DNA of 64,000 nucleotides from a virus: IMG/VR virus record IMGVR_UViG_3300042691_012617, positions 32,001 through 96,000 of that record, one strand, 5' to 3'. Position numbers and translations under genes: made by a program. The notes under the pieces are model-generated. The model searched no databases. It was not told where the DNA came from and saw only the letters and a list, made by a program, of their open reading frames with translations. Shown in pieces: positions 20,489 through 28,482 of this stretch. Each line of letters starts with the position of its first letter. Within the stretch, counting starts at the first letter, position 1.

Positions 20489-21723
20489 TAGTCCTTGTTC
20501 CTCACTTGCAGATCCGTTGGGCTAAGTTTGTCGATCAATCCATTCACCAAACCACGCAACTTATCCATCAAAGTCTGTACATTTGATGAGTTCTCTCCCT
20601 CGGGATTCAAGTCAATACGGGGTGCCATGATTACCATGTTGCCTTCGCTCGACAGCGTGTATGTGCCCTTGACCTTCTGTAGGAAGTTGCCACCCACATC
20701 GACAGTCATGTTGCCCTTGGCATACATCTTTGTGTCGCCTTGCACCTCAATCTCCAAATCCTTGCCCATGAGAATCTTCATGGTCTTGTCTGTGTTGAAC
20801 GAGCAGTTGCCCTTCACCAAGATCATCTTGTCGTTGAGCGTGATATCCCATGCGTTACCAACGACCTTGTGTACTTCGCTGCCCCTTGGGTGAATCTCTG
20901 TGAATGTGCCTGAGCAATGGTACCAATGCATTCTCTCTGCACCAGGGGTATCGTCATATTCAACGACATGTCCTGCCTGAGATTCATAGACATTGTTGAA
21001 GGGATACTGCGCGGCATAGGGGGTCTCGGGTTCTGCCCAAAAGCCATACAGCGCAGACACACAGAACTCTAGGCTGTCCTTCTTTTTCTTGACAATCGTG
21101 TTCTCAATCTGTTCGTTTCTTGCTAGACGATTCGTGTCTGCCTCGCCCATGCGCGAGATCAGCGGATACATGCCCTGTGGATCTGCAAATCCGCGGTTGG
21201 TGTCGATTGTTGGATTCTTAGGCAACTGATATGACTTCAAACCGACATCGTTTTTTGCCTCATCCAACGAACTGATGATCTGTGCCTTCCTGCTCTCAAT
21301 CTCGTTGATGTAGATCTGCTTCACATCCTCAGGATCGATCAGGGGAATGTTTGGCAAGTTTGCAAGTTCGTTCGGAACAGGAATGTTGACGGTGTTGATA
21401 CCACCAATGGTTCCAAAGACCACGGGTTCCTGTGCATTCATACCATCTCGGAAGAAGCCAACAACCCATGCGCCCTGTAGCAATCCCGTGGGAGACCATC
21501 CCTTGCCCGATACACTCGCACTCGTAACAGGCATTATCACATGCGCCCAAGGAAGATCCGTTGTGGGAATCTGTGCCTTGTCATCGGTGTGCCAACCAAG
21601 TACGCGCACACGGACGCGACCCAACTTGAGCGGGTCATAGATGTCCTCCACGACACCTTGCCACCACACAAAGCCGTTCTTGCCCATGTAGTCCGCTCTC
21701 AATGGTTCTTGATTGCTGCTCAT
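20488..21723 (-). CDS. gp5: Baseplate hub/central spike gp5 without lysozyme domain
   Basis: FVWWQGVVEDIYDPLKLGRVRVRVLGWH, LPWA, WVVGFFRDG..QEPVVFG (OB fold); YPFNNVYESQAGHVVEYDDTPGAER; beta-helix repeats. Confidence 0.92.
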   Translation of the reverse strand: MSSNQEPLRADYMGKNGFVWWQGVVEDIYDPLKLGRVRVRVLGWHTDDKAQIPTTDLPWAHVIMPVTSASVSGKGWSPTGLLQGAWVVGFFRDGMNAQEPVVFGTIGGINTVNIPVPNELANLPNIPLIDPEDVKQIYINEIESRKAQIISSLDEAKNDVGLKSYQLPKNPTIDTNRGFADPQGMYPLISRMGEADTNRLARNEQIENTIVKKKKDSLEFCVSALYGFWAEPETPYAAQYPFNNVYESQAGHVVEYDDTPGAERMHWYHCSGTFTEIHPRGSEVHKVVGNAWDITLNDKMILVKGNCSFNTDKTMKILMGKDLEIEVQGDTKMYAKGNMTVDVGGNFLQKVKGTYTLSSEGNMVIMAPRIDLNPEGENSSNVQTLMDKLRGLVNGLIDKLSPTDLQVRNKD

Positions 21724-23198
21724 GATGGCTCCAAGTTCAACTCTGCCTTCTTGTAGTCGGCAATTGGTTCTGCGAAAGAATCGCGTGATAGTGTCATAGT
21801 CATAGTATGTTCACGATCTGTAACTAGGTGCTTGACGGTGGTGACCAAGTAACGACCCTTGAGATAATCGTCCTCGTAATTGTCCTGCTTTTTGGTGGCT
21901 TCCTTTGCAATTGTTCTGAAGTTGATCACCTGACCAACCTTGACATTCGTATCTCCATAGCATGACACGATCAGGTTGATGGAATTCATTTGATTGAGTA
22001 GCGACTGCCTAAGCAACACGGTCTCCTCAGGATCATGCACCTGAGCGATTCCCGCCATCGAATATGATGACTTCGGATAGAAGCGAGTGTGAGACTCGAC
22101 AGAATCCGTGTAATCAATCTTCTGCATCGGAATCAGCGGATTCTTCTCAAGGTGCGCTGCATCGTTCATGAAGGATTTGTCATACTTGAACTGCGATGTA
22201 GACCAAGTCTTCGTGGTCATATCGTGTGTCATGATGGCAGACGCAAGCATTCCCAAGTTCTGCTGCTTGATCTTGTCGGTCATGTCCTCTACGACCAACG
22301 AGTGAATGTTTCGTAGTTCGGATTCAAGCATTCTTGATCCATCTTCGCTGCGAAACCCATCAGGATAGTTTGTGTAGGTGAATGCGACATCCGCTGTCTT
22401 CAGACCCGATAGCGGCACAAAATGGTGACCGTCTGAGTTCTGAAAAAGCACATAATCGCACATCGATGTGTCTGCCTTGGCTCTAGCCCTGTGAGCAAGC
22501 CAATTGATTGCATACAGAGGTGACCAATAAGGAATCACATACGACCGTGTGTCGAAAGTCTCCGTAACTGTCTTCAGGTGGATTTTGTCATCATCCAATG
22601 CCTCTCGCACAAGCCCCACCGCGCCGCCTACGATAGCCCCTGCTACGCCCCCTGCGATTGGCAGGGGAATCATGCTGCCGATCAGCCCCCCTGCTGCCGC
22701 GCCTCCTGCTGCCGCTGAAATGAGACCGTTGTTCTCGCCGTTATCGACGGCCAAGTACTCGTCAAAGATGTTAGTGACCATCTTCGAAACTGGCATGTTT
22801 CGATAGGATTTCGAAACTTTTGATTGCATGCTTTTGATTGCTTGAGTTGCGACAAACTCAATGCGAACCATCTGCGCCGACTCTTGTGCCGTTTCTGTAA
22901 GCACGGAAATCTTGTAGGTTCGGAACACCAACTTGACAGGCTGTCCACCGCCCATCGGGGTTCTGTAGATGATCGTCAGCGTCTCGGCACCGATGATCGG
23001 AAAGTTCTTTACGATGTTCATTGAGTCGATCAGCGTGATGCTTCCCGACATGCAGTTGCTGAAGATGTCCTCATACACAATGAAGTTCTGAAAGATGCCC
23101 TTCAGGCTCATCGTAAAGCCAGTATATGACTTGAGGGTGATCTCATCGATCACCACATCTCCTGGTTTCACCATCGTGTCGCTACTGACATCTGTCAC
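21720..23198 (-). CDS. Baseplate hub protein, gp27-like
   Basis: YEDIFSNCMSGSITLIDS..FPIIGAE; GDTNVKVGQVI; LKGRYLVTTVKH; lies between gp53 and gp5. Confidence 0.7.
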   Translation of the reverse strand: MTDVSSDTMVKPGDVVIDEITLKSYTGFTMSLKGIFQNFIVYEDIFSNCMSGSITLIDSMNIVKNFPIIGAETLTIIYRTPMGGGQPVKLVFRTYKISVLTETAQESAQMVRIEFVATQAIKSMQSKVSKSYRNMPVSKMVTNIFDEYLAVDNGENNGLISAAAGGAAAGGLIGSMIPLPIAGGVAGAIVGGAVGLVREALDDDKIHLKTVTETFDTRSYVIPYWSPLYAINWLAHRARAKADTSMCDYVLFQNSDGHHFVPLSGLKTADVAFTYTNYPDGFRSEDGSRMLESELRNIHSLVVEDMTDKIKQQNLGMLASAIMTHDMTTKTWSTSQFKYDKSFMNDAAHLEKNPLIPMQKIDYTDSVESHTRFYPKSSYSMAGIAQVHDPEETVLLRQSLLNQMNSINLIVSCYGDTNVKVGQVINFRTIAKEATKKQDNYEDDYLKGRYLVTTVKHLVTDREHTMTMTLSRDSFAEPIADYKKAELNLEPS

Positions 23199-23206
23199 GA
23201 TTCACC

Positions 23207-24175
23207 TCATGTGTTGATTTGGAACAGCCGCCTGAAGTCTCTCAGTACGGGGTCGATGTATTCAGGACGCATGACCTTGATAGTTCGCTTGCTATCATTC
23301 ACTTTCGACTCATGCGCGATGTTCACGACTGATGTTGCATAACCGACATCGTCATTGTTGTCATCAATACCTAACGGAATTAACTCGGTGTTGCCAACAA
23401 CGAATCTGTCAATCAATGTAGATGGACTTTCGGATCTCTTGTTGTCCACCAAAGTGACGGGTCTGTATAGCGGAGAAACGATCTCTCCGCTGCTTGTCTC
23501 AAAGTGATGGAGTGCATAACGATTGTCGCCCACCACCCTGAACACCTGTGCCGCGACCTCTCTTCCTGTTCTAGTAGTTGAAAACAGGTCATGCCGAATG
23601 TCCTTGGGTCGAGCGATTGCCTGACCGCCCAACTGAACCAAGGTGTCTTGAATCTTGAAGGTGCCTGTGATGTCTTCGACTTCGATCTTGTATAGATTCG
23701 GATCCCAAGACTTCACCTTTCCACTAGCGATTTGATTGCCAAATCTATCCTTCTGTATGACAGTATCGCCAACCTCATAGTGAGGTAGCCGCCGATCAAA
23801 AGCAACGATCTCACCATCTTCCTGTTTTCCACTCTTATGATCCCACAGTAGCGGAGGGTATACAAACAGGCTTTTGCCCGTGTATGTCTTCTCCATCTGC
23901 GTTTCCAATTCGTTGACGCTCAGAGGCCAACTGAAGTATGGATCAAGGATCTCATTAAACATGAGAATGATCCAATGGTAGTCAGACCGACCATAGATGC
24001 GGTGAGCAATTGTCTCGGGACGCTCCTCGTCCTTGATCGTGTAATCCAAGGCGGTTCCCTGTGCTTCCTTGACGATGTCTAGGATCTTTGCCCGTGTGAG
24101 AATGTTCTTCACAAGGACTAGATTGCCCGAATCATCCCGATAGCCGACATTAGGTAGATAGTTGAAATAGCCCAT
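23207..24175 (-). CDS. gp53: Baseplate wedge protein gp53 (LysM-like)
   Basis: YFNYLPNVGY, YTIKDEERPETIAHRIYG..HWIILMFNEILDPYFSWP, NDSKRTIKV. Confidence 0.9.
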   Translation of the reverse strand: MGYFNYLPNVGYRDDSGNLVLVKNILTRAKILDIVKEAQGTALDYTIKDEERPETIAHRIYGRSDYHWIILMFNEILDPYFSWPLSVNELETQMEKTYTGKSLFVYPPLLWDHKSGKQEDGEIVAFDRRLPHYEVGDTVIQKDRFGNQIASGKVKSWDPNLYKIEVEDITGTFKIQDTLVQLGGQAIARPKDIRHDLFSTTRTGREVAAQVFRVVGDNRYALHHFETSSGEIVSPLYRPVTLVDNKRSESPSTLIDRFVVGNTELIPLGIDDNNDDVGYATSVVNIAHESKVNDSKRTIKVMRPEYIDPVLRDFRRLFQINT

Positions 24176-24183
24176 GGATTATC

Positions 24184-25380
24184 TCAGGGTGAGGGGATGT
24201 TCCCCAACTCCCAACCAAAACGGTCGCGGGTGAGGATTTCAAGTTCGCTGAACGACAGTTCCATGGTGATCTTGGTGGGTGCGGAGCCGTACCCATCGTT
24301 TTGGAAGGTGGTGAATGTTGTCTCCTCGCCGTACTTCACCTTGACACCCTTGAGGGCGCACTTGTGAATGTATGGAAGATAGCCGTTCTCCCTGCCGTCC
24401 GCAGTCAGGAACTTGATTTGAAACTCTGCGGGGTAGTCCAAGAAGCGACCCGAACCCTCCGACCGCTTGGGGTGGGAGAAGAACTTGAGAAGACCGATGA
24501 TCTCATGACATGTCTCAACCTCTTCCCTGTTGCGCGGAAGAAATGTATAAGAGAAGTTGAACTCTCTGCGCTTGACTTCTTTGAACAGGTGAAGCGACAT
24601 TGGGTTCACGACTTGCCGCTGCTGTGCGGAAGCGAACTTGGCAAAGGTTCCTGCTTCAGCACCGACAAGTTCGCCCAACGAGTCAAGCACCTTGAGATTT
24701 GCCAATCCAATCTTCTTGCCGATGTCCCTTGCTGCTGCGGGATCACCGCCTGCGATTGCCTTGGGAAGTTTTAGCGCATCCAATCCTGCCATGCTTGCAT
24801 CTTCGTACTCCATCGCATATCCGACTTCCAATCCCGTAGGCATGTACAGATAGATGCGAGAAAGAATCGGTGCAGTTCCTCCTGCAAGACCCGTCTGTTC
24901 TTCTGTATAAGAATCCCGTCCCAATCCCTGACCCTTGAGGTTGCCGTCAGCAAATACCTGTTTCGCGGTATCTAAGATAACGCCGCCACCCGAAACTACC
25001 GCGCTGAGGGTGTTTGCAACCATCCCCACGATGTCTGTTTTCTGTTCGGCGGTTGCATCTGCCTCGGCGGCATTCTGTGCGGTTCGCATCTTGTCGATCA
25101 GGCTTTCGCCAAATCTAGCAAACGCCTCGCGCTTGGTTGCCAAGTATTGGGGATTGTTATCCCATATCTCAATGCACATGATGCTTTGGTGGGATGGATC
25201 TGTCAGAAGATCGTAGGGATACTTGTAGTACCCCGCAGCCCTCGTTGCATCCGCTTTGTTGATGAAACCGCCGCGACCATCATTGAACAACTTATCTTCG
25301 AATGCAGTTGATCTGCGCCGAAGAATGCCGTCGATGGCTCGGATCTCTCCGTAGGTTTTGCTGCTGCTGAACTCTGCCAT
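24184..25380 (-). CDS. gp48: Baseplate tail-tube cap gp48 (start moved to ATG 25380)
   Basis: YKYPYDL, IYLYMP, VNP..LFKEVKRREFNFSYTFLPRNREE, YPAEFQIKF, LSFSELEILTR; CTAAATA 7 nt upstream of 25380. Confidence 0.85.
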   Translation of the reverse strand: MAEFSSSKTYGEIRAIDGILRRRSTAFEDKLFNDGRGGFINKADATRAAGYYKYPYDLLTDPSHQSIMCIEIWDNNPQYLATKREAFARFGESLIDKMRTAQNAAEADATAEQKTDIVGMVANTLSAVVSGGGVILDTAKQVFADGNLKGQGLGRDSYTEEQTGLAGGTAPILSRIYLYMPTGLEVGYAMEYEDASMAGLDALKLPKAIAGGDPAAARDIGKKIGLANLKVLDSLGELVGAEAGTFAKFASAQQRQVVNPMSLHLFKEVKRREFNFSYTFLPRNREEVETCHEIIGLLKFFSHPKRSEGSGRFLDYPAEFQIKFLTADGRENGYLPYIHKCALKGVKVKYGEETTFTTFQNDGYGSAPTKITMELSFSELEILTRDRFGWELGNIPSP

Positions 25381-25387
25381 ATGGGTG

Positions 25388-25411
25388 TATTTAGATGGGA
25401 TCTCATAAATA
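25388..25411. promoter_or_regulatory. Back-to-back gp55-type late promoters for the two divergent structural operons
   Basis: CTAAATA on minus (25388-25394) and ATAAATA on plus (25405-25411). Confidence 0.8.
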
Positions 25412-25432
25412 GCAGATACGGGAGACACGATC

Positions 25433-25897
25433 ATCGCAACTGGAAACTCGTACAAGGGAAAGTACACACCAAAGCGTCCACAAAAGTACAAGGGCGATCC
25501 CAACATGTGCTTCTACCGATCATCGTGGGAACGCCGATTTATGACATTCTGCGACGAGAACGATGCGGTGGTTGAGTGGTCTTCCGAAGAGGTTGTGATT
25601 CCCTACATCTCGCCAATCGATGGACGGCGGCACCGATACTTCGTTGACTTTTGGGTGCGACTGCGGAAGCCTGATGGGTCAATTGAGGAATGCCTGATAG
25701 AAGTAAAGCCGAAAAAGCAGACAATGAAGCCCGAACAGCCAAAGTCAAAACGGATCTCCAAGTCCAAATTGTTTGAGATCCGCAACTGGATGATCAATTC
25801 GGCAAAATGGGCGGCTGCTGAAGACTATTGCGGGGATCGGGGTTGGAAGTTCAGACTCCTAACTGAAGAAAACATCTTCGGAAAGACTGCCAAATGA
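25433..25897 (+). CDS. gp4: Head completion nuclease gp4 (extended to a non-AUG ATC start)
   Basis: SYKGKYTPKRPQKYKGDP in frame upstream of ATG 25505; YRSSWERRFM, WSSEEVVIPY, HRYFVDF, IEVKP, NSAKWAAA. Confidence 0.88.
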   Translation: MATGNSYKGKYTPKRPQKYKGDPNMCFYRSSWERRFMTFCDENDAVVEWSSEEVVIPYISPIDGRRHRYFVDFWVRLRKPDGSIEECLIEVKPKKQTMKPEQPKSKRISKSKLFEIRNWMINSAKWAAAEDYCGDRGWKFRLLTEENIFGKTAK

Positions 25898-26487
25898 CGA
25901 AGCAACAGGTAACAAAGGTTGTAAACCAGTTCGCACGAACCACCAATCTGAATTTGGGCGATGATCGGGCTACCCGTTGGTTGGCAACCAACCTGTCTAG
26001 AATTAAAACAACCATGCGACAGGATAACTACATCGACAGCAGCAAGACACTAATTCGAAAGCAATTGACGCCAGGGAACATGGTGTTTTTTGGATACGCG
26101 CCCAAGACCAAGGATGAACTCCAATTTTGGGATGAGTTTCCTGTGACGATCATCCTTCACCCACAGAAGGGTGGATTCCTCGGATTGAACCTTCACTATC
26201 TACCACCCTCGGCTCGGGCAGACTTCCTTAATAAACTCCTGAAGTATGTCTCCGATCCGAATTGGGTCAAGCACAACAACACATCAGTTGAGTTTCGCGT
26301 CACCTACGGTCTACTCAAGAACAGCGCGAAAATGAAAGCGTTCAAGCCCTGCATCAAGCGATATTACTACAGTCATATCGTCACAAAGGTAGCGTACATC
26401 GAACCTATGAGATGGAAGATGGTACCCTTCTTTCCATTGGACAAGTTCAAGGGTGCAACTCGCGCAGATGTTTGGGCTTTGGCATAA
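25894..26487 (+). CDS. gp2: DNA end protector protein gp2
   Basis: GNMVFFGYAPKTKDELQFWDEFP, GFLGLNLHYLPP, KPCIKRY. Confidence 0.9.
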   Translation: MTKQQVTKVVNQFARTTNLNLGDDRATRWLATNLSRIKTTMRQDNYIDSSKTLIRKQLTPGNMVFFGYAPKTKDELQFWDEFPVTIILHPQKGGFLGLNLHYLPPSARADFLNKLLKYVSDPNWVKHNNTSVEFRVTYGLLKNSAKMKAFKPCIKRYYYSHIVTKVAYIEPMRWKMVPFFPLDKFKGATRADVWALA

Positions 26488-26505
26488 TAGATACCTTATA
26501 GAACC

Positions 26506-27552
26506 ATGGATATCCTCGGAAACCTACAAGCAACACGGGCAAGAGCCGCATACCAATCGTATGTCGGAAATCCCGACCCATCGTTTCAAGATTCTGTCTA
26601 CGGGCGGGCGCGTGAAACGGGATGGGCGGCGGGTAATCGTTGGTTGGTTATGGTGTTCCCAAACCAAGCGGTGAGAGACGGCATCGGCATGAATTTTGTT
26701 CCTGATGTCGCCCGATTGGCTACCACATGCAAGTCGATCAACCTCAATGAACAGACTTGGTATAGCACCGAGCAGAACTATATCAACGCAGGCCCGAACC
26801 GTGTGTTTCCTTACAAGAGAAACACCAACAATGCTTCGGGCATCAAGGTGCAGTTCAATGTCGGAACAGACATGTTTGAAAAGGAATTCTTTGAGGGGTG
26901 GTTGCGGTACATTCAAAATCCATACACGCGGCAATGGAAGTTCTACGATGACTACGCCAAGGACAGTTTCATCTATCTGCTCCTCCTGCCGAACCATGTG
27001 CAGAACTTCGCCATGGCAATGGAAGCCATGTATCAGGGCAAGGTTGTCGGCTACAAGTTTACCGAAGTCTATCCGTTCTCCATGAACATGAACGGTGGAA
27101 ACCTGAACTACAACAATGTACAGGAGCCGTTGTTCTCTGACATCGGATTCATGTACCATGACATGATCCCGCTTCAGGAAGAAACGATTAAGTACGACAA
27201 CATCATTCCAACAGTCACCGATACGGGTTACCCCGTGATTGAGCGGGATCGCTACAAGGACATCCTCACGGCAAGCCAAGCGGGTATCGACAAGGCTGTC
27301 AATGGATTTGCCCTCGGTACGATTGCAGAACGGGCGGCGTTCAACAACATTCGTCAACAGCAACGCAGCGTCCTACAGGCTTATGTCAAGCAACTAGAGG
27401 AATACAAGGTGGATGATCTGCCGCGTGGCGTGGATGGAAGAGTGGTCTATTCCACACCGCGTCAAGGTGGACTCGACTTGGGTCTGACTCTCCTGTCACA
27501 GACTCAAGGCTTTTTCGGTGCAGGATTCTTTGGAAACGGATTTTTACCCTAA
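26506..27552 (+). CDS. gp54: Baseplate tail-tube initiator gp54-like (tube fold)
   Basis: NRWLV..CKSINL..FPY..EKEFFEGW..FYDDYA..YKFTEVYP; lies between gp2 and gp26. Confidence 0.7.
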   Translation: MDILGNLQATRARAAYQSYVGNPDPSFQDSVYGRARETGWAAGNRWLVMVFPNQAVRDGIGMNFVPDVARLATTCKSINLNEQTWYSTEQNYINAGPNRVFPYKRNTNNASGIKVQFNVGTDMFEKEFFEGWLRYIQNPYTRQWKFYDDYAKDSFIYLLLLPNHVQNFAMAMEAMYQGKVVGYKFTEVYPFSMNMNGGNLNYNNVQEPLFSDIGFMYHDMIPLQEETIKYDNIIPTVTDTGYPVIERDRYKDILTASQAGIDKAVNGFALGTIAERAAFNNIRQQQRSVLQAYVKQLEEYKVDDLPRGVDGRVVYSTPRQGGLDLGLTLLSQTQGFFGAGFFGNGFLP

Positions 27553-27574
27553 CTTTTCGTCATAGGAGATCGTT

Positions 27575-28282
27575 ATGTCACTCGCAGGAATTATCGCTTC
27601 AACGCCAAAACACCAAACAACTCTTCCCGTCAGCGGAAAGAAGATCGAATACCGACCCTTCATCGTCAAGGAAGAGAAGATCCTTCTCATGGCGGCTGAG
27701 AGCAAGGACGAGAAGACAATCAACACAGCCATCCGCGATGTGATCTCCGCATGCACAGGCGGGGCTGTGGATGTCTTCAAGTTGCCATTGGTAGACATGG
27801 AGTATTTGTTCCTGCAACTCCGCAGCCAATCCGTTGGTGAGACTGCCAAGCCAAATGTCAAGTGTTCAAAGTGTGAACTCCCGACTGAGGTTGAGATCAA
27901 CCTGAAGGAGATTCAACCGATCACCGATCCAAACCATAAGAAGATCATCCCTGTTGTCGGGGATATCAGCGTGGTCATGAAGTATCCCACAGTCGATGAC
28001 CTGAAGGATATTGACTCGCAGAGTGACATTGAAAAGGCACTCACCCTGTTGGTCAAGTCAATCGACAAGGTCTATCAGGGTGAGAAGATCTTCAATGCCT
28101 CGGAAATGGATCCCAAGGAAGTTCGTGGATTCATCGAAGAGATGACGCAGGAACAGTTCAAGAAACTCTTCTCCTTCGTGGAAACGATGCCCAAGTTGGA
28201 GAAGCAAGTTCAATTCAAGTGCAAGCATTGTGGTCATGAGAACAACTCGACTCTGAGGGGGATCACAAGTTTTTTCTCCTAG
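27575..28282 (+). CDS. gp26: Baseplate hub assembly protein gp26
   Basis: LPVSGKKIEYRPFIVKEEKILLMA, DMEYLFLQLRSQSVGE, CxxC pairs, MKYPT, MPKL, terminal GITSFF. Confidence 0.92.
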   Translation: MSLAGIIASTPKHQTTLPVSGKKIEYRPFIVKEEKILLMAAESKDEKTINTAIRDVISACTGGAVDVFKLPLVDMEYLFLQLRSQSVGETAKPNVKCSKCELPTEVEINLKEIQPITDPNHKKIIPVVGDISVVMKYPTVDDLKDIDSQSDIEKALTLLVKSIDKVYQGEKIFNASEMDPKEVRGFIEEMTQEQFKKLFSFVETMPKLEKQVQFKCKHCGHENNSTLRGITSFFS

Positions 28283-28308
28283 CCTCCACCCATGACAACT
28301 TGTTCAAC

Positions 28309-28470
28309 ATGCTCTCTGTGAACTTTGCGATGATGCAAAACTTCAACTACACGCTAGTTGATCTAGAGAGCATGATGCCATGGGAGCGGAGGGTTTATAT
28401 CGATTTGCTGATGCAACACTTGAAGGAAGAGAAGGAGCGAATGGAGTCTTTGAAGAGCCAAAGACAGTAA
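28309..28470 (+). CDS. gp51: Baseplate hub assembly catalyst gp51 (not in ORF track; likely also made as a gp26 -1 frameshift fusion)
   Basis: Manual translation MLSVNFAMMQNFNYTLVDLESMMPWERRVYIDLLMQHLKEEKERMESLKSQRQ; NF..MQ..Y....E.MMPWER signature. Confidence 0.85.
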   Translation: MLSVNFAMMQNFNYTLVDLESMMPWERRVYIDLLMQHLKEEKERMESLKSQRQ

Positions 28471-28482
28471 AGGGACAGATAG

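Noticed and set aside
25381-25506. Tracked N-terminal extensions of gp48 (also gp8 to 13508, RuvC-like to 35874, 32838, 47046, 60352)
   Set aside because: The extensions overlap neighbouring genes or promoters; downstream starts fit homology and promoter/SD positions better
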